Below, piece by piece: positions 27,581 through 35,172 of a DNA stretch of 48,422 nucleotides. The notes beneath the pieces were generated by a model that did not search any database, was not told the DNA's origin, and saw only the letters and a program-made list of their open reading frames with translations. Positions within the stretch are counted from its first letter, which is position 1. Every line of letters begins with the position of its first letter. A program made the position numbers and the translations under genes. This DNA comes from Escherichia phage ETEP102, in sequence record OR979723.1. One strand, written 5' to 3'.

Positions 27581-27583
27581 AAT

Positions 27584-27610
27584 AAAAGCCCCGAAAGGGG
27601 CTTTATCTTT
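27584..27610. terminator. bidirectional rho-independent terminator
   Basis: AGCCCC-GAAA-GGGGCT flanked by A-run and T-rich run between convergent genes. Confidence 0.65.
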
Positions 27611-28565
27611 AATACATATTTGGAAGGTATGGAAGTGACATTGAGATGTTTGTGTTGAATGGGAACTGAGCACCAGTCTGAGTCGAGTAGTTACCAATTA
27701 CGCTGCCAAACTCACTCCTAACGGATCCTCCTGACATTACAACTCCCTTGTATCGAAGGTTATTGTACCCGCCAGTTACCCTTGTATATGCGCCAGTCCT
27801 GAGTATTGGGAAGTAACCACCTCCTATTGACTGGAATGAGTTACTCAATTGAAGGAATCCACCAAGCACAAATGGCCTTTTAACGGTTGAGAAAACAACC
27901 TGACCTGAAGGATTCACTATGGTAATCCCCCTGCCTCCAACTGGAGCTGTGTTGTTGAAAATAACCAGATCGACACTGGCACTAGCCGCTACATTGTCAA
28001 TTCCTGTGTATGTATTGCTTCTACAGAGAATTCTTGAACCATCAAACTCAAGCGTCACGTTTGGATTATTCCATCTTCCGAAAGGAACGCCAGTAACTGG
28101 AAGTGTGTAGCTACCATTCACGGTAACTGTTCCAACATACTGAGCCGTTAAAAGCCTTGAGTTGGTAGTGATCGATACAAAATCAGTTGAGTCGGCAACA
28201 AGAATACCCTGACCAGTAGAGGCGCCCATCACCTCAAAGCAATTACCTGAGAAGTTTATCAACCTACCATTAGCGCCGTTAAAGTTACTAACGTTTATCC
28301 GTCCTTGCGTGTTTGATACGCGCTGGAATCCATTCAAATAATAAACCTCTGGTATTACATCGAAATCTATTACATCAACAGCCTTTGTTGGTAGCATGAA
28401 TGCAGTAGATCCGCTTGTGTGAGCAAGTCCAAATGTCAACCCACCATTTGATGAGTCAAATCCAGATGTTGGAACGCTTCCTGTTACGTTTGGCATTCTA
28501 AGTCCTGCCGTAATCTCCATCGCTGGCCTTCCATCATTCAGGTCGATTAGAATACCCTGTGGCAT
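27609..28565 (-). CDS. putative receptor-binding / tail fiber-like protein
   Basis: 318 aa rich in Gly/Ser/Thr/Asn/Val; ATG 28565 with AAGGAG 8 nt upstream (track start GTG 28574); TAATG-coupled to upstream lipoprotein gene. Confidence 0.4.
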   Translation of the reverse strand: MPQGILIDLNDGRPAMEITAGLRMPNVTGSVPTSGFDSSNGGLTFGLAHTSGSTAFMLPTKAVDVIDFDVIPEVYYLNGFQRVSNTQGRINVSNFNGANGRLINFSGNCFEVMGASTGQGILVADSTDFVSITTNSRLLTAQYVGTVTVNGSYTLPVTGVPFGRWNNPNVTLEFDGSRILCRSNTYTGIDNVAASASVDLVIFNNTAPVGGRGITIVNPSGQVVFSTVKRPFVLGGFLQLSNSFQSIGGGYFPILRTGAYTRVTGGYNNLRYKGVVMSGGSVRSEFGSVIGNYSTQTGAQFPFNTNISMSLPYLPNMY

Positions 28566-28807
28566 TATTTCCACTCCTTAGAGCCGTGGTCTTTAACGGA
28601 GCCGCCGTAACCGCCACCATTAGCCTTAATTCCGTCGTAGCGCACGTCAACTTCGCCGGAAGGTACAACCACACCATTTTTCCATTTAGCTACGCACGCG
28701 CCGTTTGCTTGCGTTGCACACCAACCGTCAGGACGATGACCTGATGAACAACCAACCGTCATGATTACTGCCGCTGAGATGATTGCTAATTTGATGAAGT
28801 TAGTCAT
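28565..28807 (-). CDS. small lipoprotein, Cor/Llp-like superinfection-exclusion candidate
   Basis: 80 aa; [22 protein letters not shown] signal peptide plus lipobox; GAGGA RBS; function inferred from size and context. Confidence 0.5.
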   Translation of the reverse strand: MTNFIKLAIISAAVIMTVGCSSGHRPDGWCATQANGACVAKWKNGVVVPSGEVDVRYDGIKANGGGYGGSVKDHGSKEWK

Positions 28808-28873
28808 TTTGTATTCCTCATTAAGTTGTTTCGTTTCGATGGAGTAACTATACACGCAACGAGCGATCGAGTC

Positions 28874-28893
28874 TTTAGCTATTCGTGCTATTG
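28874..28893 (-). promoter_or_regulatory. ATAGCACGAATAGCTAAA motif copy (minus orientation)
   Basis: Minus strand: CAATAGCACGAATAGCTAAAG, about 23 nt, TATAGT, leader CCATCGAAACGA, then lipoprotein ATG 28807. Confidence 0.45.
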
Positions 28894-28966
28894 TATACGC
28901 GTAACCGATGTAACTCGATGTATACAATATCATCCGCGGAAAATGATATACGCGCTGTTACGCCAA

Positions 28967-29056
28967 TTTACGCATTGGTTACATTAAAATATCTATATAT
29001 ATCAACCTTTTACTCTTATTATTATTATATATATATTACTGTGTATATCATGTAAC
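28967..29056 (+). repeat. AT-rich ~88-bp element, copy B
   Basis: TTTACGCATTGGTTACATTAAAATATCTATATATATCAACC...ATTATTATTATATATATATTACTGTGTA...GTAAC. Confidence 0.6.
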
Positions 29057-29322
29057 TACTTCTATAGAGTGTTCCGCTTATAAATTTCTAATATGTACAT
29101 TTATACAGTGTTTAGTCACACGCACACCAATGCACCATCTGTTGAAAATGATATACACGATATACAAGCTATTTACATTGAGCTATGGCTGGTCCTGATA
29201 GCCTTTTTATGTAACTAACACCAATGTATACATCGAATTACAGCTATATACGTGTAACCACTTGACTAATGCGACTAAGCGAGTATAGTTAGCCACATCA
29301 ACAACAAGTGAGGATTAAAGAG

Positions 29323-30363
29323 ATGACCAAGCCACTATTTCAATACTTCACGTCAGAAGAAATGAGCAACGATTTCTATCACAGCAAAGACGAATGGACC
29401 GCTGAGTATGTGTCAGGTTCATCACTAAGCAAGATTCACAGCACTTGCCCTGCGGCGTGGAAGTTTGAAATGAACGCTACGACTAAGGCTCTTGTTTTCG
29501 GCACTCAGTCACACACTAACTTTGAGAGCAAGGCGATGTTTGAACGTCAATATCGCCGCGCACCGAAAGAAAGCGAGATTGAAAACGTGATAACAAGCCA
29601 GGCAGCTTTAGCAACTAAGTTAAAATCATTTGGCCTGACTGGTACAAGCGGCAAGCAATATCCAGAGTTGATTAAAATGATGGTTGATTGTGGTGAAGAC
29701 CTCAACGTCATGTGGCTGATTGATATGATCGCACAGTGTCAGGCGTGGTCCGATGGCGTGGAACTTGTTAAGGCGGAGGACTACGACGCCTGCGTCAGTA
29801 TGCGCCAGGTTCTTGAGATGATTCCTGAACATAACGCCTGCATGAACAGTGAGACTGCATTCCGTGAGTATTCATTGTTTGGCGTGATTTGTGGCGTTAA
29901 AGTTAAGGTGCGACTTGACAATGTTGATATCGTTAAGGATCCAGAGGCAATCCGGCGCATGGGTTACGATCCTGAAGTCCACCCAGAGATTGTCGTTATC
30001 ACAGATTACAAAACGACGATGAGCGCTAACCCGATTGAGTTTCCTCGCCTGGCATTCAACCTTGGTTATTACCTCAAGATGGCATTGCAGCGTGATTTGT
30101 TCGTTAAGTGCTTTGAAGAGACACGCCCAGTAGTAGTCCGATTGTTGGCGCAGGAGAAGAAAGAGCCTTACTTGCCTATGGCTTACCGCATGAGTAGCGA
30201 TCAGCTTAAGATTGGTCGCGCGCAGTATATGAGCGTTATTCATACTTTCTCAATGTGCGAAGCGAATGACGTATGGCCTTCATACAGCAACGGAGAACCA
30301 GAGATTGAGCTTGAGACTCCTGATTGGATTAAAAAGCAGTTCAAGCACATTCTGGAAGCGTAG
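29323..30363 (+). CDS. PD-(D/E)xK recombination exonuclease (YqaJ / lambda Exo-like)
   Basis: KVRLDNVD ... VVITDYKT D-(D/E)xK arrangement; ATG 29323 with GAGGA upstream; upstream of annealing protein and SSB genes. Confidence 0.5.
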   Translation: MTKPLFQYFTSEEMSNDFYHSKDEWTAEYVSGSSLSKIHSTCPAAWKFEMNATTKALVFGTQSHTNFESKAMFERQYRRAPKESEIENVITSQAALATKLKSFGLTGTSGKQYPELIKMMVDCGEDLNVMWLIDMIAQCQAWSDGVELVKAEDYDACVSMRQVLEMIPEHNACMNSETAFREYSLFGVICGVKVKVRLDNVDIVKDPEAIRRMGYDPEVHPEIVVITDYKTTMSANPIEFPRLAFNLGYYLKMALQRDLFVKCFEETRPVVVRLLAQEKKEPYLPMAYRMSSDQLKIGRAQYMSVIHTFSMCEANDVWPSYSNGEPEIELETPDWIKKQFKHILEA

Positions 30364-30378
30364 CACTTTTTGCTAAAC
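30361..30378 (+). promoter_or_regulatory. TAGCACTTTTTGCTAAAC motif copy
   Basis: Overlaps TAG stop; 21 nt to TGATATAAT (30395-30402) in hairpin CGGTGATT/AATCACCG; ATG 30440. Confidence 0.5.
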
Positions 30379-30439
30379 ACGAGCGCGGTGATTTGATATA
30401 ATCACCGTAAATCAAACGAAGTAAACAAAGGTATATATA

Positions 30440-31096
30440 ATGCGTACATCAGAGAAGTTTTCGACTGTTTCATCAGCTCTAATTGCAGCTAAAAAGCAGT
30501 TTGCTATCGCAAAGAAATCAGGATATAACACTCACCTAAAAAGTCACTATTCAAACCTGACTGACGTTTTAGAGGCCATTGAGCCAGCATTGAAAGAGCA
30601 TGACTTGATGGTGATTCAGTCAAATCTTGATACATCAACCGAAAAGGTTATGCATATTGAGACGCTCATACTTCACAGCTCCGGAGAATGGCTTTCCTTC
30701 CAGTACAACATGCCGATCGAGAAGATTAGCGCGCAGGCATACGGATCTACAACTTCATACGGTCGCCGTTACGCATTATGCGCTGCGCTCGGAATCACTC
30801 AGAGCGATGACGACGCAGAAATCGCTAAGCGCACAGCAGCAGATTACAAAAAGCTGATCACCAATTGTGAAAAGCTGGAGGACCTTCAGGTTATTTACAA
30901 GAGCGCGAAGGGTTCACTTGGCGCTGCAGAGTGGAAGATCGCAGAAGACCATTTGCAGAAGCGAAAGGCTGAGCTTAGCATTGGTAACGCTCGCGGATTC
31001 CAGCCAGCCAAAAAGGCTGATCCTCAAAAGGTTGATGATAAGGTTGCAAATGCACCGTCAGAACCTGTACAATCTGAATCCATCGAAAAATTCTAA
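30440..31096 (+). CDS. putative single-strand annealing protein (Erf-like)
   Basis: 218 aa between exonuclease and SSB; call by context and size. Confidence 0.4.
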   Translation: MRTSEKFSTVSSALIAAKKQFAIAKKSGYNTHLKSHYSNLTDVLEAIEPALKEHDLMVIQSNLDTSTEKVMHIETLILHSSGEWLSFQYNMPIEKISAQAYGSTTSYGRRYALCAALGITQSDDDAEIAKRTAADYKKLITNCEKLEDLQVIYKSAKGSLGAAEWKIAEDHLQKRKAELSIGNARGFQPAKKADPQKVDDKVANAPSEPVQSESIEKF

Positions 31097-31134
31097 TTAA
31101 CGTGGCTTCTGCCCCATCAAAAAAGGAAAATATA

Positions 31135-31581
31135 ATGCCACACGTAATTACTGGTCAGATCCGTAAAGCACCATTCACAATGGAAGGTAGCAACAATAAT
31201 GGGCGATGGAAAATGTATGCCGTAGAGCTTTCTGAACGAATGAAGATTCGAAATCAGAATGGCGAGGATGAGACAGTTTATAGCAACTACCGCGCTACAT
31301 TCTTCGCAAAAGAAAACGTTATGCAGTGGTATGATGAATCGTTCCAGGAAGGAAAGGTTGTTTCAATTTATTCCGATACCCTTCATCTATCGTCTAGACA
31401 GGGTAATGACGGGACTGTTTACGTCACCGCTGAAATGATCCGTCCTCAGTTGCAATTCAGTCAGCGCGAGCCAGCGCAACAGCATAGTCAAGGTCAGAAG
31501 CGACAGCAGCCCCAGCAGCAACAACGTCAGCAGCAGCAACCAAATCAGTCAATGCAATTCGACGACGACATTCCATTCTAA
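31135..31581 (+). CDS. ssb: single-stranded DNA-binding protein
   Basis: Gln/Pro-rich linker and C-terminal QFDDDIPF tail identical in type to the bacterial SSB tip; ATG 31135 with AAGGA upstream. Confidence 0.85.
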   Translation: MPHVITGQIRKAPFTMEGSNNNGRWKMYAVELSERMKIRNQNGEDETVYSNYRATFFAKENVMQWYDESFQEGKVVSIYSDTLHLSSRQGNDGTVYVTAEMIRPQLQFSQREPAQQHSQGQKRQQPQQQQRQQQQPNQSMQFDDDIPF

Positions 31582-31587
31582 AGATAA

Positions 31588-31613
31588 AGCCCCTTTCGGG
31601 GCTTTTATTTTTT
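31588..31613. terminator. bidirectional rho-independent terminator
   Basis: AGCCCC-TTTC-GGGGCT then TTTTATTTTTT between convergent ssb and tail fiber genes. Confidence 0.7.
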
Positions 31614-31616
31614 ACA

Positions 31617-33536
31617 TCAACGCCAAGTGCTTTGATTTATTATATAAGTTGATATTTCAGACCAATAAATCGCTGTAATTAAGCAAGTTTTTGTAGTGGA
31701 GGTGTTAGCCCCAGTAACATCAAGGGAAATTCCATTAAATGACAGACTTTGAATGTTTGCCCCCCTTAAAATTAAATTAATACACTCACCATCCCTTGGT
31801 GTTGTTGTCGTAACATCAAGCCCTGAAGTAACGTTAATTCTGTAAGATGAATAACCTTCTCTTGTATTTATTGGCAATGATGATGATGAGTATTGTTTTA
31901 AAGAGTTATTTCCAAGATCAAGGATTAATCCTCCAACAACGCCAATTTTATTAAGGAACCCACCCCAGATCTTAGAGCCATCTGCCCTACAGTTTACTCC
32001 AGAAGCGAAGTTGTACAAGCCAATAGATCTATCTGCTGGATTGAAAGCTCCTATAGTTGCGTGGTTTGCGCCAGAACCTTTGAAACATGACTCACCAACA
32101 TTAAGACTGTGATGTGTGGCGTTGCTTGTAAAATAATAACTTCCACTTGACAAAGCAACATCTGACACTCCATTCCTTTCAAGGTAAGTACCATTAACCA
32201 AAGTGCTAACACCAGAATCTAGTATGCCGTACTTTGATGTATTTTGAGAGTAACCACCGTTGATTACTGTAGCAGCGGTAGGCCAAAGATCGGAGCCTTC
32301 AGGGAAATTAAATGAACCATCACTTCCGTTAAATATTACAATTCCATAATCTGGGAGCGCACCTGAATGATCACCACTATAACCTATGTGATTGTTTATA
32401 AGAACAGAGTTTGGGCCATTCCTTAAAAGCACCCTAATGGAGCCTACCCCGCCATTTAAAATCTCAGAGTCATTAAACCTAAAACCATAGCTAAACTTTT
32501 CAATTATAACCCCATTATTAGAGGAACCAAGACCCAGATCAAGCCACAAACCATCAACCCCAGAGTTATTCCTTGCGTTAAAAGCGTGAAGTCCAATGCA
32601 ATTGTTAAAACCAACGGTAGAAAGTCTAGGATTGTAAACCTTGCAGTTCCTAATGAATGCAGATGATACATCTTCCGATGACATTCTAAGTAAAGTAACG
32701 TTATTTGATGAAGCAGAGAGAAGTGCACCAGCAGACCAATACAATCTAGTGTTTTGAGCGAGCGCCCATGTCTGAGTTGCTGATGCAACATAATACTGAC
32801 CACTATTAACAAAAATATCCCCACCAGATAAAAGGATAGCCCTTATCTCCTGATTAGTCATAGTTGGATATATGTTTTTAAAGTTTAATGTTTCAATCTT
32901 AGAGTATACATTAAGGTTCAACCTTGCTAGTGGCTTATCAGTTAGATCAGACAAAGCCAGGTCTTTTCTTAAAAGTATTGATGTATCGAGAGATGCCGCG
33001 TAATACTCTGCCTCCTGAGCCGAAGTGGCTGCTGAATTCTTGCTGCTTTCGGCTGCTAGTGCGCTGGCCGAAGCCGCATCCTTATCAGCTGATACTTTGG
33101 AGGCGTCAGTAGATACTTGTAATCCAATTGATACAATATCTCCGTGTTGCGTGTTAACCTGCGCAACCTTCGCGCTAAAGTCATTAGCATCAAAGTTATT
33201 AAATGCATCAACTGCATCTGCAACCTCAGTTTCACGTGACTGATAGTAACGAAGCGTCTCAGCAACATCCTGAGCTAAGCCCTGAACGGTAATCCCATCG
33301 TGAGCAAGAATCGCGTAACCAGTTCCGGCAGGAACAGTTTCAGAATTAGGGTTATAAACATTAATCTGCGTATCGCTGATAATTTCTGAGATAGTGTAAA
33401 TCTGTACTGGTTCAGTTTTGAAAACAATGGTAGCACCAACGCGAATCAGTGTAAGCGGTGCTTTCCATGTCGTCCCGACGCCAGTAACCTCGCCATTTGC
33501 GGCTAGCGATGCTGTTCCTAAGTCATAAATTGCCAT
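31617..33536 (-). CDS. tail fiber / tailspike with beta-helix-like central region
   Basis: 639 aa; ATG 33536 with GGAG upstream (track start TTG 33545); N/G/S-rich repeats (NCKVYNPRLSTVGFNNCIGLHAFNARNNSG) suggest a right-handed beta-helix. Confidence 0.6.
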   Translation of the reverse strand: MAIYDLGTASLAANGEVTGVGTTWKAPLTLIRVGATIVFKTEPVQIYTISEIISDTQINVYNPNSETVPAGTGYAILAHDGITVQGLAQDVAETLRYYQSRETEVADAVDAFNNFDANDFSAKVAQVNTQHGDIVSIGLQVSTDASKVSADKDAASASALAAESSKNSAATSAQEAEYYAASLDTSILLRKDLALSDLTDKPLARLNLNVYSKIETLNFKNIYPTMTNQEIRAILLSGGDIFVNSGQYYVASATQTWALAQNTRLYWSAGALLSASSNNVTLLRMSSEDVSSAFIRNCKVYNPRLSTVGFNNCIGLHAFNARNNSGVDGLWLDLGLGSSNNGVIIEKFSYGFRFNDSEILNGGVGSIRVLLRNGPNSVLINNHIGYSGDHSGALPDYGIVIFNGSDGSFNFPEGSDLWPTAATVINGGYSQNTSKYGILDSGVSTLVNGTYLERNGVSDVALSSGSYYFTSNATHHSLNVGESCFKGSGANHATIGAFNPADRSIGLYNFASGVNCRADGSKIWGGFLNKIGVVGGLILDLGNNSLKQYSSSSLPINTREGYSSYRINVTSGLDVTTTTPRDGECINLILRGANIQSLSFNGISLDVTGANTSTTKTCLITAIYWSEISTYIINQSTWR

Positions 33537-33559
33537 AATAATCAACTCCTATATTGTTG

Positions 33560-33579
33560 TTTAGCACGAATTGCTAAAG
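33560..33579. promoter_or_regulatory. TAGCACGAATTGCTAAAG motif copy (orientation ambiguous)
   Basis: Perfect palindromic core between primase gene terminator and tail fiber start. Confidence 0.4.
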
Positions 33580-33603
33580 TGCAGTATAGCATTGCTTTAG
33601 GCA

Positions 33604-33628
33604 TAAAAAAACCTCCCGAAGGAGGTTA
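33604..33628 (-). terminator. rho-independent terminator for primase gene
   Basis: Minus strand: ACCTCC-TTCG-GGAGGT then TTTTTTT; hairpin overlaps stop codon. Confidence 0.6.
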
Positions 33629-34549
33629 GTTTAGCAAGTCGTTTGCTTTGTAAACTTTCTTTCTAATGCCTGTTTTAAATGACTTGCCATCATTTGGGAT
33701 GACTACACCAACAGACCTGTCATCAGCAATAGAGAGTATATCAAAATCATGATCACGACAAGCAATCCTGAAGCTGCGGGACTTGTCTCGGTGAATAACC
33801 ATTTCCATGTTATAACAGGAGAAAGCAACAAACACCTCACGCCCCCCAGTAGCAATATGAACACGCACGCCATCAATAAAATTATCAACAACATAAGTGT
33901 AACCATCAACCTGCCAAGAACCAATGACAGCAACAGAATCACGAGTGTAATCACCAGCAAGGAATTTAACATTTGAATCTCCATCAATAAACATTAAGTT
34001 GCAGAACTCATTACCAATCCCATCCTCGTAAACCATCGAGCAAGGTACGGCATGAATCATTGATCCATCCTTAGCTATACCAACATCGAATCCATCATCA
34101 AGATAAATACCCTCATATGTTGTGAGTGGGCTTGATTCAACTCTTACAGTCCGCTCCATGACTTCAAGAACTTTTTCATGATCTACTTGAGCGCCCATTT
34201 TGTAATGCTGAGTCCTTGATGCTTGCTTGTTTGCCTTATTAACCACTTCTACAGGGATAAGGTTTAACCACTCACCGAGAACATCGATACATTCACTAAA
34301 TGACTCACCTCGCAGCTTCTGGACCCAAATAATACCATCTCCTGAACCGCATTGGTTGCAGATAATTCCACCATCACCATTTTCGCTAACTTTGTTGGTC
34401 CATCTCGCGCGATCGCTTCCTCCGCAATAAATGCATGGCTGGTGTTTTTTGGTCTGGAAAAACTTAGGATCTGCGCCACATATATTGATAAGCGCCTTAT
34501 CCCATAGGCCGCGCATTCTTGGTAAAACCTCTCTCTTATCGTAGTGCAT
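33626..34549 (-). CDS. putative DNA primase (zinc-ribbon plus TOPRIM-like)
   Basis: CIYCGG...CNQCGSGDG zinc-binding pair near N-terminus, Asp/Gly-rich acidic core; next to helicase. Confidence 0.5.
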   Translation of the reverse strand: MHYDKREVLPRMRGLWDKALINICGADPKFFQTKKHQPCIYCGGSDRARWTNKVSENGDGGIICNQCGSGDGIIWVQKLRGESFSECIDVLGEWLNLIPVEVVNKANKQASRTQHYKMGAQVDHEKVLEVMERTVRVESSPLTTYEGIYLDDGFDVGIAKDGSMIHAVPCSMVYEDGIGNEFCNLMFIDGDSNVKFLAGDYTRDSVAVIGSWQVDGYTYVVDNFIDGVRVHIATGGREVFVAFSCYNMEMVIHRDKSRSFRIACRDHDFDILSIADDRSVGVVIPNDGKSFKTGIRKKVYKANDLLN

Positions 34550-34606
34550 ATAAATAATCTCTTAACAAATAAAAAAGGTTGCACCGATTATGGCACAACC
34601 TTAATT

Positions 34607-35080
34607 TTACTCTTTAGCTTTTCGTGCTGCTTCGTTAGCGGCCTTAATCTTGCGCCACGATCGACATTCTGGCTTCGTAGCTAATTCAGCATCAGTAACA
34701 ACGCGCAGCATGTGACGTTTTTTGCACCGGAGTGTCAGCGGCTTTCCGTTGCCATCGAATTGCAGATCCGGTCGGCAAAAAGTCGCGCGAAAACCCTCTC
34801 CAGTTCGCTTGTATCGGTTGTGCGCCAGTTGAGCGCCTCGGGCCGACATCATGCCCCTCTTGAACCATTCCTCAACCGCCTGGCGACTAACCTTCAGTTG
34901 CTTTGCGATATTGGCCTTCGTTCCGTAGAAGTCGAGAACCATCTCCAGTCGCGCCAGAAGCCCGGCCTTTACTTCATCTTTTAAAACGTAGTAACCTGAA
35001 GGTCGTTTTCGTTGCTTTTTGTCTTCAGTTCGGACTGTTCCGTTGTTGCCGTTAATGGTTCGCTTGTCGACTGCATTCAT
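34607..35080 (-). CDS. HTH DNA-binding regulator
   Basis: Helix-turn-helix ANIAKQLKVSRQAVEEWFKRG; basic tails; divergent from helicase gene. Confidence 0.5.
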   Translation of the reverse strand: MNAVDKRTINGNNGTVRTEDKKQRKRPSGYYVLKDEVKAGLLARLEMVLDFYGTKANIAKQLKVSRQAVEEWFKRGMMSARGAQLAHNRYKRTGEGFRATFCRPDLQFDGNGKPLTLRCKKRHMLRVVTDAELATKPECRSWRKIKAANEAARKAKE

Positions 35081-35092
35081 CTCATCACCTCA

Positions 35093-35111
35093 ATAGCACT
35101 TTTTGTTAAAC
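35093..35111 (+). promoter_or_regulatory. ATAGCACTTTTTGTTAAAC motif copy
   Basis: In divergent intergenic region; 21 nt to TATTAT (35130-35135); helicase ATG 35173. Confidence 0.45.
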
Positions 35112-35172
35112 ATTGGTTTCGATGGCTGTTATTATAACGTCAATCGAACGAACATGAAAGGCATTTAATACT

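Noticed and set aside
533-29056. AT-rich repeats as a CRISPR array or as terminal repeats of a mobile element
   Set aside because: Only two copies 28 kb apart, no regular repeat-spacer periodicity, no cas or transposase genes; sequence context is intergenic promoter hubs.
32504-33268. Several plus-strand ORFs (32504-32824 minus-frame shadow, 32924-33112, 33025-33243) within the tail fiber gene
   Set aside because: All lie inside and opposite or out of frame to the 639-aa fiber gene; low-complexity translations.
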